64,000 nt of DNA from a virus. Under the pieces are notes generated by a model that ran no database searches, had not been told where the DNA came from, and was given only the letters and a program-made list of their open reading frames with translations. Positions 36,848 through 48,054 of this stretch are shown here, in pieces. A program made the position numbers and the translations under genes. Every line of letters begins with the position of its first letter. The stretch's first letter is position 1. The stretch is from the IMG/VR virus record IMGVR_UViG_3300005673_000003, positions 1 through 64,000 of that record; one strand, given 5' to 3'.

Positions 36848-38689
36848 TTAGTAGCTCCACCTGCGCCTTGGGGAACCCGGCAAGCCGTTAGCTCCGGGCA
36901 CCCCGATAGCGTCCAAGTGTATGAACGAATTTGGAGAAATTGCTACTCCCCCCTCCCATGATTTCGCATAATCCGCATGAATCCGGCTCATTTTTGGGTG
37001 ATAAAAATCCACTGCGCTGCCAGTCGTATGCGGCCCGGACAGGCCAGAACTAGACACCCTAGCATTCTCTCTGGGAGGGCGATACCAGGAAGTGACTTCG
37101 ATTCCTGCACCATATTTCTGCTCGATAGCAATCAGGTTTTGAGCGGCCAGGATGATCCCTTTCATCACCGACTCTGATTCAGGCACCCTTTGCCCATTAC
37201 GGGTTGCATCACCCCATGTCCACTTCCCGCCAGGAACGATCGCATCTTTAAGGTTGACCTGGCCCCACTTCGGCACCTGGATATTTCCGGTTGGATGCGG
37301 AGAGGTTGGCGAGGTAGTCACCACCGTAGCACTTACCATCGCCTTATCATTGGGACTCCAGCCCTGTACTGTTACCGCTCCGTAGCCGCTCTGGAGCTGA
37401 TAGGGCGTTTTCTTGGTGATAGTTGGAGGCCGGATAAAAGCATTCCGGTGCTCCTGCCAAGACAGAACCAATCCGGTTGATTCCCCCTGCCCTGGCCCAA
37501 CCTGTTTGATGGTATTCCCTTCGGCAATGATCACATCGCCTTTAAGTGCAGCCTCCCTGACTGCGGCAGATAGAGCGCTTTGAGACATCGCAATCACGCC
37601 AGCATCCCCCGTTTTATTGCCCTGGGTAGCCGCAATATATTTGAGATCTGGAGTCAGAGCAGTTACCGTATCAAGTACGCCGCTTGTAGGCTGGCCCGAT
37701 TTCCCAAGGGCAGCGTCAGCCGCTTTTTTCTGCTGCTCTAATGCTTTCCCTTGGGTGGTAGAGGTATCAACCGATGATTGCGCTGTAGAAGCTTTGGGAG
37801 GGGTAATAGGGGAGGTGTTAGCATTCTGCCCTCCAGTACCAGAGCCAGCGCTGAACAGGTCAGGGGATGCGCTGCTAATTGATAGATTTCCAGTAGTGGG
37901 AGCCGCGATAGTATTCGCAGGGTTGAAAGTCTGCAAGCTGGCTCCCTGAGCTACTTTAAGGGTGCTCGGATCTGCGCTGGTGAATGAATCCTTATCAACA
38001 GGCTTTTCTCCAGTAGCAACCACGGTGGAAATGGTGGAGTTACCCAAAGTTGCCGAATTATCAACCAATTCCAGGATTACTCCATCGGGAAACTTGCGGC
38101 CCACTCGGTATAGCTTGCCTGAGAATATGGTTTGCACTTTATCGGGTGGGTATCCCAGCTCGATCGCCACATCAGAGCCGATATTAGCGTTGATCCTGCT
38201 CCAGAGCGAACCATCTAAGCTTTGCTCTGTACTTTTACTTTGAGGAGTATTCGCCTGGGTAGTGCTGGCGGCTGGCTTGCCTTCGTCAGGTTTTCCGGTT
38301 TGATTCTGCCCAGCATTATTCGGTAAAGCGGGAGGGATAGCGGCTGGCGGCTGGTTGGTAACAGCTTGAGGATTGTCAGTCGTGCGAGTCTCCCCTGATG
38401 AATCATTTAGCACCACGCATACTTCCGAGTACTGGCGCGTGCGAAGGGAGATGACTGGCTCCCCCAGAAAATCACCCCTCAAATTAGAGAATGATAGGTT
38501 GCCTACTTGGATCCGGAGTAAATAAGTATAACGCCCCTCTTCCCGGTTCTGGGAGGAAGGGCTGGCAGGTTTATTAGCTGTGGTAGCAGTCGATTTTGAT
38601 GCGGCTGCGGCTGATGATTGACTTAAACTGCTTGGCTTTACTGGTTGCGTCGTTGTTGTAGCAGGCTGAGCAGCGACCTTATCAGCCAT
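36848..38689 (-). CDS. Baseplate hub / late-control-D-like protein fused to a peptidase M15 domain
   Basis: VAIELGYP...IFSGKLYRV and VTVQGWSP hub-like segments; C-terminal VTSWYRP...H.TGSAVDF...FIHLD. Confidence 0.72.
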   Translation of the reverse strand: MADKVAAQPATTTTQPVKPSSLSQSSAAAASKSTATTANKPASPSSQNREEGRYTYLLRIQVGNLSFSNLRGDFLGEPVISLRTRQYSEVCVVLNDSSGETRTTDNPQAVTNQPPAAIPPALPNNAGQNQTGKPDEGKPAASTTQANTPQSKSTEQSLDGSLWSRINANIGSDVAIELGYPPDKVQTIFSGKLYRVGRKFPDGVILELVDNSATLGNSTISTVVATGEKPVDKDSFTSADPSTLKVAQGASLQTFNPANTIAAPTTGNLSISSASPDLFSAGSGTGGQNANTSPITPPKASTAQSSVDTSTTQGKALEQQKKAADAALGKSGQPTSGVLDTVTALTPDLKYIAATQGNKTGDAGVIAMSQSALSAAVREAALKGDVIIAEGNTIKQVGPGQGESTGLVLSWQEHRNAFIRPPTITKKTPYQLQSGYGAVTVQGWSPNDKAMVSATVVTTSPTSPHPTGNIQVPKWGQVNLKDAIVPGGKWTWGDATRNGQRVPESESVMKGIILAAQNLIAIEQKYGAGIEVTSWYRPPRENARVSSSGLSGPHTTGSAVDFYHPKMSRIHADYAKSWEGGVAISPNSFIHLDAIGVPGANGLPGSPRRRWSY

Positions 38690-38925
38690 ACGAGAACTTC
38701 CTAACTCTGCCAGTTCATTCTAACTGCCTCTTGGATCTAGATACAATGATGGAGACTTGCCTCTTTTAAGTTCATCCAGCCTGACCAGTTCAGCCATGAG
38801 TATATCTATCTGGCCAGGAGAAAGGGTTTCAAATACTTGCTTGGCAAGGCTGACAGGATTAACTGGCTGAGTTGATTTCGTCATCGGATTGGATCTCTAT
38901 GCTAAAAATCAGGAAAAATTAACCG

Positions 38926-39402
38926 ATGGCACTTGACAATAAAGAAGGCGATACCACTGATTTTAATCGAATATTCCGAGAATCGTTCATCTCAGAGGAT
39001 TTACGGTTAAAGATACAAGAATTAGATCCCATTTTACGGGACGCATTCCTGGAGATGGAAAATCAATTGATTTTGTTCTGCGACCGTATCGAAACGCTTG
39101 AATGCGTGACAGATCAGCATCTCAAAGAGGAGCGGGAGCAAACCGAGATTGACATGGAGCGAGTGAGCAAGCGGATTGGCCGGAAAGCGTTAGCCTACAG
39201 CAAACAAGTAGCAGCATTAGCGCTCTCCTTATTTGGTGCAGCGATTTTATGGGGGAATCTTACCGAGGATCAAAAACAGAAGGTTGCAGGCAGCTTCTAC
39301 GAACAAGCCATTGGACAGATAGCCCCTGCCGCCTTCGCGACGATCGCGGGTGCTCTCCTGGTCAATAGCCGAAAAGCCGCAAAGGAGTCGAAGGATGAAT
39401 GA
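38926..39402 (+). CDS. Coiled-coil plus two-TM membrane protein
   Basis: Two hydrophobic helices near the C-terminus, charged tail. Confidence 0.65.
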   Translation: MALDNKEGDTTDFNRIFRESFISEDLRLKIQELDPILRDAFLEMENQLILFCDRIETLECVTDQHLKEEREQTEIDMERVSKRIGRKALAYSKQVAALALSLFGAAILWGNLTEDQKQKVAGSFYEQAIGQIAPAAFATIAGALLVNSRKAAKESKDE

Positions 39403-40153
39403 GCTACTTCTCTGGCTCAGGGATTTAGTTAATTGGTTGCGTGAAGCAGTGGGGGGAGGAGTCTCTAGCACCTTTCACGTTGCAGAACATCTGAAGGGGT
39501 TAGATGGTGAATGCGAGGCTTGGCTAATTGGGACAGAGGAGTATGATTGCGGCATCCCCGGAATGACTGCTTGCTGGTATATTCGCCGGAATAGTGCATC
39601 CAAAGACTTCATTCTTCTGTGCTTCAATATCGCCCAAATTAAGGAGGCTTACAAACCCGCTGGAGATGGCTACCTGCCGGATGAATGGAGACGCAAATTC
39701 GAGGTTAATGCTCGACTACATCTCAAGCTACAAAAGAATGTGGGTGGCTCCCACTTATTTATGGTGTGCTCGGTGCAGCGTGAACCAGCTACCGTTAAAT
39801 TCACAGCAAATCAAGCGATCGAGTATAAATCGATTGATTGTGAATCCTGCTTTTCTGTAGATCTCCAGGGAGCATCGGTTGCCTGGATGGGCGCAAACGG
39901 CAGCGCTATCAAAATCGTTCGAGCAGTTGCAGAGCGAGTGCTGCAAATCCCAGCGATCAACTCCAGAGGATACCTCTGGGAGCAGGTAATTCTTTCGCTG
40001 TCAGATGCGGATGCTCGGCATACATGGTTGACCTGGCTCAATTACTTTTGCCGGGAGTACCGAGCAACCCGGATTGATGCGGAACACATCTTGCAGCCGC
40101 CGATCGGCAAGGCTTACTTCCAGCGTAAGCGTGCTAAGCAGCCCAAAGAATAA
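39395..40153 (+). CDS. Hypothetical protein (start MNELLL)
   Basis: Overlaps the upstream stop; AAGGAG RBS. Confidence 0.65.
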   Translation: MNELLLWLRDLVNWLREAVGGGVSSTFHVAEHLKGLDGECEAWLIGTEEYDCGIPGMTACWYIRRNSASKDFILLCFNIAQIKEAYKPAGDGYLPDEWRRKFEVNARLHLKLQKNVGGSHLFMVCSVQREPATVKFTANQAIEYKSIDCESCFSVDLQGASVAWMGANGSAIKIVRAVAERVLQIPAINSRGYLWEQVILSLSDADARHTWLTWLNYFCREYRATRIDAEHILQPPIGKAYFQRKRAKQPKE

Positions 40154-40594
40154 TCAATCAATTTCTAGCTCTAGCTTGGGTTCAACTCTTGCGAATCTGG
40201 GATTACCGTCGCGGTTAATGCCATACCAGGATTCTAAACTGCGTCGTCGATACGCTCCGGTCGGCATATCATCCGAGCGGTAAAGCACTTCCCAATCATC
40301 ATCAGAATCGCTCTCGCAATGGGAAACCCTGCCAACTACAATGTAGACTTTCTTCCTTCTATCATTGAGCCAACGGGAGCCGATTGCAGGGAATTCTAGA
40401 TTATCTTTCATGATTAAAAAAATAGGCTGCATGTTGCGTTGCAGCCGGAAACGATCTTGTTGCGTAGTCTTATAAGCCTGATTATATCGCAAACCAAAGG
40501 CTCCAGAAATAATCCCCCATTCTGGAGCCTTTGGAACCCGTGTTGACGAGGTATTGCCCAAATACAGTTTATGGAATGCTCTAAATATCGTCAA
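40154..40594 (-). CDS. DUF1653-like SH3-fold protein
   Basis: KVYIVVG...HCES...VLYRS...RSLESW...RF. Confidence 0.55.
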   Translation of the reverse strand: MTIFRAFHKLYLGNTSSTRVPKAPEWGIISGAFGLRYNQAYKTTQQDRFRLQRNMQPIFLIMKDNLEFPAIGSRWLNDRRKKVYIVVGRVSHCESDSDDDWEVLYRSDDMPTGAYRRRSLESWYGINRDGNPRFARVEPKLELEID

Positions 40595-40708
40595 GAGCCT
40601 GGATTAGAGTTGTTTCCGTAAACACTGTCAAACCCAGCTTGCCTTGCCGCTGCACATCCCCCCAGATACTTATTGTAAGTGCCAGCAGTATTGGTGCCCC
40701 ACATCGCA

Positions 40709-41248
40709 TCACGAACAGCTAGGGTTCTTAAATAATTGGTTTGGCGATATTGTTGAACGATTTCGCCTGCTAGTTCTCGCCTTGCTCGCTGAACTTGCTG
40801 TAGCTGATCTCCGTACTCTTCGATAATTATTCTTTCTAGGTCGTTTTCTAACATCTCTTTCGCTCCCGGCAGAAATCAATCGATTATTCGATAGCTGCTT
40901 AAATCCTAGCGTAAGTTTGAATATCCATACATCCGTATTATGGTTATTCAATGCTGGATCTACTTTGCAGCGAACCCAAACATCCTTCCGATGGGAACGC
41001 TTATGACAACGTAGGCAGAGCGGGAAAACATCTCTCCCTGGCACTTCGCGGCCAGCGATCGCTCCCCACTCATCCTTGTAGCGAACATGATGAATTTCTG
41101 CGCTCTTACGCTTCAGACAATTGCAGCACTTATTCCCGGTCAACCGATGACTAAACGCTACGATATACCGATAGTTTTTAGCATATCGAGCTTCATAAGC
41201 TAGATCTAAAAGAGTCGATGATAGAGTTGCTTGCGCCACATTAATCAA
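40709..41248 (-). CDS. HNH endonuclease
   Basis: CCNC...EIHHVRY...DVFPLCLRCHKRSH. Confidence 0.78.
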   Translation of the reverse strand: MINVAQATLSSTLLDLAYEARYAKNYRYIVAFSHRLTGNKCCNCLKRKSAEIHHVRYKDEWGAIAGREVPGRDVFPLCLRCHKRSHRKDVWVRCKVDPALNNHNTDVWIFKLTLGFKQLSNNRLISAGSERDVRKRPRKNNYRRVRRSATASSASKARTSRRNRSTISPNQLFKNPSCS

Positions 41249-41463
41249 TCAATTTCTATCGAAGGCTGGCGAGGAGTATTCTCCTGGTTGGGAGCTGGAA
41301 AGTATGAGAATACAATCATCAGCAATACAGTGCTAATCAAAGCGATCGTCACGACGACATCCCAGAGATTCGGCTTCGCTTTTTTCTCCTCGACGGCTTC
41401 CCACTTAACAATGCCGTCTTTGTTGATAGTTACCTTGAATTTTTGCTCTTTTTTCTCCGTCAT
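41245..41463 (-). CDS. Small single-TM protein
   Basis: VVVTIALISTVLLMIVFSYF. Confidence 0.65.
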   Translation of the reverse strand: MTEKKEQKFKVTINKDGIVKWEAVEEKKAKPNLWDVVVTIALISTVLLMIVFSYFPAPNQENTPRQPSIEID

Positions 41464-41471
41464 AATTGCCC

Positions 41472-42107
41472 CTATAAACGATTCAAAATATTAGCCATTG
41501 CCTGCCATTGCCAGGGGTGTTGCTGCATAACCGGATCATTCAAAATCGTCTTAGCGCACGCTTCAGCAAATCCCTCGCCAATCTTCCAGGCTGCATAGCT
41601 GGACATCTTTTTCTCCCAATAGTAAGCTCTGCCAAACTCGCTATTAATCGGCACTCCAGAGGGGCCATGCATTTCTAAATCTAGAACGTGGCAGTACTCG
41701 TGAATAAAGTAAGTGGGAATAATTGCACTCTTAAGGGTATTCGGATAAATCCTGAGTTCGCGTTTCATGGAAATGATAGATAGATACTTCGGAGTAGGAG
41801 GGATGTAGTCATCTATCATTTCGTCTTTAGGATGCAAAACTACTTTATTGACATAGCTTTGCATCTTACGGGGGAGTAGGGAGGTAGCTTGACAGTTCGC
41901 ATCTTTGAACTGCTGGGGAAGCCTGTTATCAAACGCGATGCCGCACTGATAAGTAAAAATCGGCTCAGCATCAGGGAGCGATTGAGCGGGGAGAGAGGGA
42001 GGAGCAGGCATTGCTGATTCCAAAGGATTTTCCATGGATCGGTTAACCTCAAAAGAAGCTAGTCCAGCCAAACAAGCAATGCCTGCAATCACTCCAAACT
42101 CTTTCAT
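41472..42107 (-). CDS. Exported zincin metallopeptidase
   Basis: Signal/anchor; HEYCH followed by SSYA...EGFAE. Confidence 0.72.
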   Translation of the reverse strand: MKEFGVIAGIACLAGLASFEVNRSMENPLESAMPAPPSLPAQSLPDAEPIFTYQCGIAFDNRLPQQFKDANCQATSLLPRKMQSYVNKVVLHPKDEMIDDYIPPTPKYLSIISMKRELRIYPNTLKSAIIPTYFIHEYCHVLDLEMHGPSGVPINSEFGRAYYWEKKMSSYAAWKIGEGFAEACAKTILNDPVMQQHPWQWQAMANILNRL

Positions 42108-42111
42108 GACA

Positions 42112-44025
42112 CTACGCCTTCAACATTGCTGGCAGATTCTTGAGCAGAAACTCCATATCCTTAACACTGACTTCCAGGCCGGAAAAACCCTGATAAGCCT
42201 TCTGAATTTCTTCAATTTTTGGAGTAGAACCAATATCATGCTGAGCTTGGAGCCAAAGACTTAACGCTTTGTAAGGATCTCCCTTAGCTCCCTTCAGAAA
42301 AGGCGCATAAGGGTCACTACCGCTAGGCTGATTAGACGCTTGAGGCTGGGGAGCATTAATCGATTGATTATTGCTTCGAGGGGGAGTTGGGGGAGCAGTA
42401 GGGGTGAACCAAAAATCCTCTATCTCTTGCTGGGTAAATTCCGGCGAGGTATTCGCAACGGGCTTAGGAGGGGGAGGGGGAGGGGGAGCCTGGGGAACTT
42501 GCTGAGCGGGAACCTCTACCGTCATTTGGCTTGCGGCAGGGGGAGGGGAATCTGGGGGAGCGCTGGCAGATTTCGCAGGGGTAGCAGGAGCGGCAGGGGT
42601 GCCCGGAATGATACTCCCCGTCCAATTGCTCCCAGGCACCCAGTTAAGCCGCAACTCTTCCAGGCCATTAATCGGAGGAGTAGGCAGGTAGCCCATATCG
42701 ACGGGCAGCGAGGTAGCAAATCCGGCTGGCCTACCAACCTGCCGATAGATAGATTGAGCATACTCAGCCGCGCTATCTGGGATAGTGCGAGGAGAGAGTT
42801 TCATTTGAATCTTATCCTGAGTCATTTCAGCACCCATGATGATATGGGCCTGACGTAAAGCCTTCCGCTTGATGCCCATCTCTTCGAGCGTTAGAGTGTG
42901 CATCATTAGCCAGAAATAGATTCCGAACTTTTTAGCTTCTGTTGCCAGTTTATTTAGAGTCTTATTGACCTCCTCCCGCTCGTCGTCATCCAGCTCCTCT
43001 AATTGGTTGGTGAATTCATCAACCCCAACAACAACAGGAGGGTAGTTAATATTATTCTTTTTGCGATACTCAAACAGCTCTCGAACACGCAAAAGAAACT
43101 GATTAAGATCCTTTGCATCGCCTTTGAAAATACCACTTTGAACTGCCTTGGGAACGCTCTGCATTAATGGGATTCCAAGCCAGTTTGATCGAAATTCAGG
43201 AGTCGAGCCATTGCCGTAATGGCTATCGAACACATACAGCACCAAATTAGGCTCAGCAGTAGCCCATTGATAGAGCGCATAATGCGCGGCCACTGTTTTC
43301 CCTTCCTGGGAGTTCGCCGCAAAAACGCAATGCTCTTTGGCGCACTTAGCATACAACTCGTAGGCATCCTTGGGCCGCGCTAGCTCAGCTTGGTAAGCGG
43401 CTACTTCATCAAAGGAGGTCAGGTAATTTTGCTCCGGCATCCCTCCACCTGGCGCGGCTTCTAAAGCGGGTTGCTGATAAGGCAGCTCAAGCAGTCCATG
43501 TAATTGGAATTTTTCAAGGTAGCGAGGCTGCTTATACTCCGGCAGAGTCGAGATATAGCCTGCTAGATTATCCTCTGCGCTAATCATATCCACTGCATCA
43601 TTGAAAGCTTGGTTGTGAGCCAGCTTCTTGGCAAGCGAGATTTGATCTGCTCTCCGTAACTTGGAATGCGTCTCTTCTTGTGTTTGCTGGAGGTAGGAGA
43701 CATAGGAAAATGCGCCAGCGCTAATCGTGCTGGTAGCCAGCAGAAGGAAATTGGCAGCTTTGGGAATATGAAAAATAGGGGTCAGGATTAGTGATGCTCC
43801 GTAAGTGACGATCGCTAATCCTGCCAGCTTCCACATCGCAGAGCGCTGATCAGCAATCGATTGCCGGATAGCGTCAGTTTTAGGATCTCGAATGTAGCCC
43901 GTCTCATCGTAGACCTGATTAGCTCCTGGTATTGGTAGATAAGGATTGCCCTCAAACTGAGTGGAGCGGTAGTAATGGGGATTTTGAATTTCCTGATAGT
44001 AAGGATCGTATCCGTAAGTCATCAC
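42112..44025 (-). CDS. Membrane-anchored FtsK/HerA-superfamily ATPase (coupling-protein-like)
   Basis: Two N-terminal TMs; ANSQEGKT P-loop; VVVGVDEF Walker B; EAKKFGI motif; Pro-rich linker and small C-terminal domain. Confidence 0.72.
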   Translation of the reverse strand: MMTYGYDPYYQEIQNPHYYRSTQFEGNPYLPIPGANQVYDETGYIRDPKTDAIRQSIADQRSAMWKLAGLAIVTYGASLILTPIFHIPKAANFLLLATSTISAGAFSYVSYLQQTQEETHSKLRRADQISLAKKLAHNQAFNDAVDMISAEDNLAGYISTLPEYKQPRYLEKFQLHGLLELPYQQPALEAAPGGGMPEQNYLTSFDEVAAYQAELARPKDAYELYAKCAKEHCVFAANSQEGKTVAAHYALYQWATAEPNLVLYVFDSHYGNGSTPEFRSNWLGIPLMQSVPKAVQSGIFKGDAKDLNQFLLRVRELFEYRKKNNINYPPVVVGVDEFTNQLEELDDDEREEVNKTLNKLATEAKKFGIYFWLMMHTLTLEEMGIKRKALRQAHIIMGAEMTQDKIQMKLSPRTIPDSAAEYAQSIYRQVGRPAGFATSLPVDMGYLPTPPINGLEELRLNWVPGSNWTGSIIPGTPAAPATPAKSASAPPDSPPPAASQMTVEVPAQQVPQAPPPPPPPKPVANTSPEFTQQEIEDFWFTPTAPPTPPRSNNQSINAPQPQASNQPSGSDPYAPFLKGAKGDPYKALSLWLQAQHDIGSTPKIEEIQKAYQGFSGLEVSVKDMEFLLKNLPAMLKA

Positions 44026-44031
44026 AGCCCC

Positions 44032-44331
44032 CTAACTTGATTGAGAGGCGATATACACCCCGATAGCTACAACGAAACCAAGAGCCATACACCCCAGGAA
44101 ACCAGGGATGCCAGCCGCAATAAAATCGCTCGGTCGGGCACGCACCCCTTTATTAGCCTTCAGTAGCACCATCATGACCAGCGAGAGGGCAAAGAATGCC
44201 AGGAATACGCCAATCAGAATCACATTGGTACCGCCGCTAAACTGCGGGAATGCCCTGGCGATGAATCCGAGCAATGTAACTAAACTAATTCCTGTGAAGA
44301 ATAAGCCCAGGAATGGGAAAGCCTTAACCAT
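44032..44331 (-). CDS. Three-TM membrane protein
   Basis: Three hydrophobic segments in 99 aa. Confidence 0.75.
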   Translation of the reverse strand: MVKAFPFLGLFFTGISLVTLLGFIARAFPQFSGGTNVILIGVFLAFFALSLVMMVLLKANKGVRARPSDFIAAGIPGFLGCMALGFVVAIGVYIASQSS

Positions 44332-44333
44332 AG

Positions 44334-46835
44334 CTACATTCCTCCATTTGGATCGTAATCATTAATCAGGTAAAGGTTTTGATCAAACGAGTAACTGTAG
44401 CTATCCGTCACCGGATTGTAGGAGTTCGCCATCCGGTTCATTGCGGCCATGTACCCTTGCATATTCTGAGCATTTTGCTCAGAATATGCAAGGGGTTTCT
44501 TGCAACCATTCAGGATGGCTGCAACTCGCTGTTGATGCTGTTGACGGATAGCCTCTGCTCGGCTTACTGCATTTTGCCCCCGTTGTAGTTCAGCCTGGAT
44601 ACTCTCTTGAGTTCCGTCGAACATAGGGTAAGGATACTGGTTGTAGTCGATTGGCTGGGAATCGTCCTCATACTCCCAGTCGATAACCTCTGCGTCAATC
44701 ACGTCGCTATTCTGAAAGGATTGCGATTGCGTTGGCCGCGCCTGCGGCGAGGATGGTACACCCTGAGAATCATCTAAGTCTGGAGGATTGCAGAGGTTTT
44801 TAAGTACACCCAAAAATGAAAGGCTATTCGCGCTCATAATTTAATGCTCCTTGATTGCTTGACCGATTAGAAATTGATTGATTATTGCTGGTACAAGAAG
44901 GGGCTACAGGAAGTGATTGAGAGCATCTCCATAGATAGCGTTATAGCCCTCCGCTTTGGCTTGATGACCGCCAAAGACAAAGTTTTGCCGTTGGTAAGAC
45001 CGATTAAATTTCTCCTGATGACCCGCGATCTGATTATTAACTCGCATCATTGCCGCCGCATGGTTCACTTCAATTCCGACTTGCCGAGCAAGCGCATTGG
45101 CTTGCTGAATCCTGGCTTGAGATAAATCCTGCAATAACTCTGCTGTTGCCTGAGATTTCGCTGCATCCTGCATGGCCTGATGGACGCTCTGAGGAGTCGT
45201 GGTATAAGGCAGAGATGCAATACCACCGATTTCACCTAGCCAGGTTGGGGCATTTGCTAATTGCCCAGGATTGTAATTAGGCAAGCCAGTAACTATAGAA
45301 GATCCACTACTCCCACCTACAAGGGAGCTAAACATGCCGCTTACAGTTCTAACAAGATCTAATCCAAAGGCCATTACTCTATCTCCTGGTTAAATTTCTA
45401 GATTTCTATCGAACTTGAGCGGTATAACCACCGCTGGGGGTGCCTACAGTTTGATAGGGTGCTGTCGGTGGAGGCGCGACTGGTGCTATCGGCTGCTGGC
45501 CGCCATAAGGATCAGGGGTAGTGGGAACCGGAGGTAAGCCAGGAGCGGGAGCCTGGTATGGATATGAAGGCTGAGCAGGCTGACCATAGGGAGGCTGATA
45601 CTGTTGCTGCAATGACTTTGTTGCTTCTTTAGCTGCATCGCCGCACCCAAATAAGCAATTCACCGAAACACTTGGAGGAGGGCGCTTAGCTGCCTCGACT
45701 GCGGCTTGAGCATTAAGCTTGGCAATCTCCATCATTTGATTGGATGGGGATGCACTGGTCAGGTAAGACAAGAACCATGCTCCACCGCACCCCAGAATGA
45801 CAATCCCAGCCAATCCGAACGTCCAGAGCTTCTCTGGAGCATGAACAGGAGTATTTTGAATAGGGCGCGGCTGCAAGCGTTGCTGAGCCATTACCTGCTC
45901 ATAAACGGGCCTGGGCACCATTCCCACTCCAGGCATCTCAACCATCTGCCCTGCCGCTTGTCGCTGCATTAACGCGGCTTGCTGCGCTTGCATCTGACGA
46001 GGATCATACCCAGGAGGCAGAGAAGGTACTTGGGCTATATTCGCTGGATAGCGAGGGGGAGGAGGAGCCTCTTCGTCAGCCAATTGCGGTTGTTGAGGTA
46101 GAGCTGTTTTGAGTTTTTCCAGAATTTCCATTAATTGCTCCAAATACCGAGAGGGCGATCGCGATAATTACCAAAGCTGCAAGAATTTTGTAGAGAGCTG
46201 CCAACCAAGTTGGCTGACCAGGAAATAATCGATCAATTAGTAGGTGCTCCGCCAAAGATTTGGGCAGATAGCTCTTTGCCCCGAGAACGAAAGTGGGTCA
46301 GCCTTGGCTGACTACCTCCCGCTTTATTCATAAATTTGTCTATGGTCAAGTCAGCAGTATTGAGAGCAATGCCTATCAATAAGTCCGAGTAGCCTTCTGC
46401 AAACTCATGACTTCCAGCTAAAAGCTCCTCTTTAATAACCGTGAGTTCTTGATCGACAATTCGAGCAATGTTCCTCATTCCATCCTGATTGCCGCCGCTA
46501 TCTTGCGCGTCTTGAGGTTGATCCCCCAAAGAAACTTCATCCGCTTTAACTAAGCCGCCAGCTTGAGCATCCTCAGCTTGAGGATTGCCAGCATCATCGC
46601 TTTTGCCGCTCTTCTTAGAATTAGATTTTGCTAGTTTGCTTTTGTTAGTCTGCTCCCGCTGATCATTGATTGATTGACCAAGAAGCAGAACATCCTCGTC
46701 ACCATTGATAACCCATCCTGCATCCAAGCATTTCTGGACTAGCTTTTCGTCGGCTTCTACGCCGACATCTGCAAGCTTGGCAATAATGTCTAAAGTGTTC
46801 ATAACCATTCCTTGAGTGCTACTGAGGCGATGCAC
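44334..46835 (-). other. Four co-transcribed Gln/Pro-rich or coiled-coil CDS (44334-44837, 44904-45374, 45406-46143 single TM, 46233-46835)
   Basis: Tight operon upstream of the ATPase gene with RBS-like sites. Confidence 0.72.
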
Positions 46836-46911
46836 CCGATTGGGGCACTGAACACACTCTAAACGGTTAAGATAAACCTGTCAACATGACAGGATAAAAA
46901 TATCTCGAAAA

Positions 46912-47268
46912 TCAATCGATTTTCTTGGTTCGCTTCCTGGCTCTCTTCGTCAAATTACCTGTCCGCTCAGCTTCAATCCTCCTGGCGCGGGCTATCTCGT
47001 AGATCTCCCGTTGCTGGGGAGGCATGATGTTATCCTGAGCATCCCAAGCCAAAAAGAGTGCATGAAGGTTATCCAGGTGATTTAGAAGCGACTGGGGAGG
47101 GCTTACTGGGTTTTCCTTCCTGAACCAATGCTGCACCCCATCAACGGTGTAGCCGCCAATCAAGTCAGCCAGCTCAGGGTACGTGAGCCGCCAATGCTCC
47201 TTGAATTCTTTCGGGTGCATTATTAGCTCAAGCTCCTGAACCGCTTTTGCAGAGCTTGAGGGGAGCAA
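46912..47268 (-). CDS. XRE-like HTH regulator (likely start MHPKEF)
   Basis: LTYPELADLIGGYTVDGVQHWF. Confidence 0.7.
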   Translation of the reverse strand: MLPSSSAKAVQELELIMHPKEFKEHWRLTYPELADLIGGYTVDGVQHWFRKENPVSPPQSLLNHLDNLHALFLAWDAQDNIMPPQQREIYEIARARRIEAERTGNLTKRARKRTKKID

Positions 47269-47936
47269 TCCTTAGCTCCATAGAGATCCAAGCCATCGGG
47301 CAGCTTAGAGCCTGGGGTAACTACCTTTAACCCAAATAGCTCCAATGCCTTGCGGCCCATTTCGGTCTGAGCTTGACCGTACATATAGCAGGGATAGGCA
47401 ATGTGCCCCGAATTCCTCCAAGCGCCGATCGCGCATCGCATCAAAGGCCGCGCCAGTCCAGCATTTCTCCACTTCTCGACAATCACAATGCCGCTAAAAT
47501 ACCAATGCTTCGCCCCATATTCGAGGCAATCCCATTCGCTAAACGGGAAGAGATCTTCCTCCCGGATTTCTCCAGCAATAAATTGAGCAGCCTGCTTCTC
47601 GCTCAAGGGATAAATGCCAAGAGATCCAACTATCCGGCCCCCAATTAGCAGGCAGCGGCCAGCGTTAGGGTATTGAGTCCACCATCGCTCAAAGCTCTCA
47701 AACTCAATTGAGTGATCCTGGTAAGCTTCTTTGTCTATCTCCCAAAGTTCCCGGAGCATTGATAGATCTTGTACTGCCGATACTTGGATCAGTGAAGGAG
47801 CGGATACGGTTTTCACTAGCTCTTCGCAGGCTGCATCCCTTGAGGATAGTACACTTGAACTCATTAGACTGACCGGGATATGAATGATTACCTTCATCAC
47901 ACTCGCTTTCGTCTTATCTGTCAATAATTGGGTCAA
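47223..47936 (-). CDS. GNAT-family acetyltransferase
   Basis: YFSGIVIVEKWRNAGLARPLM motif A; TEMGRKALELFGL motif B. Confidence 0.75.
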   Translation of the reverse strand: MTQLLTDKTKASVMKVIIHIPVSLMSSSVLSSRDAACEELVKTVSAPSLIQVSAVQDLSMLRELWEIDKEAYQDHSIEFESFERWWTQYPNAGRCLLIGGRIVGSLGIYPLSEKQAAQFIAGEIREEDLFPFSEWDCLEYGAKHWYFSGIVIVEKWRNAGLARPLMRCAIGAWRNSGHIAYPCYMYGQAQTEMGRKALELFGLKVVTPGSKLPDGLDLYGAKDCSPQALQKRFRSLS

Positions 47937-48054
47937 CTATTCTGTCAAAAATATCTTAAGTTTCTGTTTATAGCTACTGACAAATTAAGACATTATTGGT
48001 AGAATCCTGGCATGATTACAGGATAAACCCCATCAATACAAGGGAACTACACCA

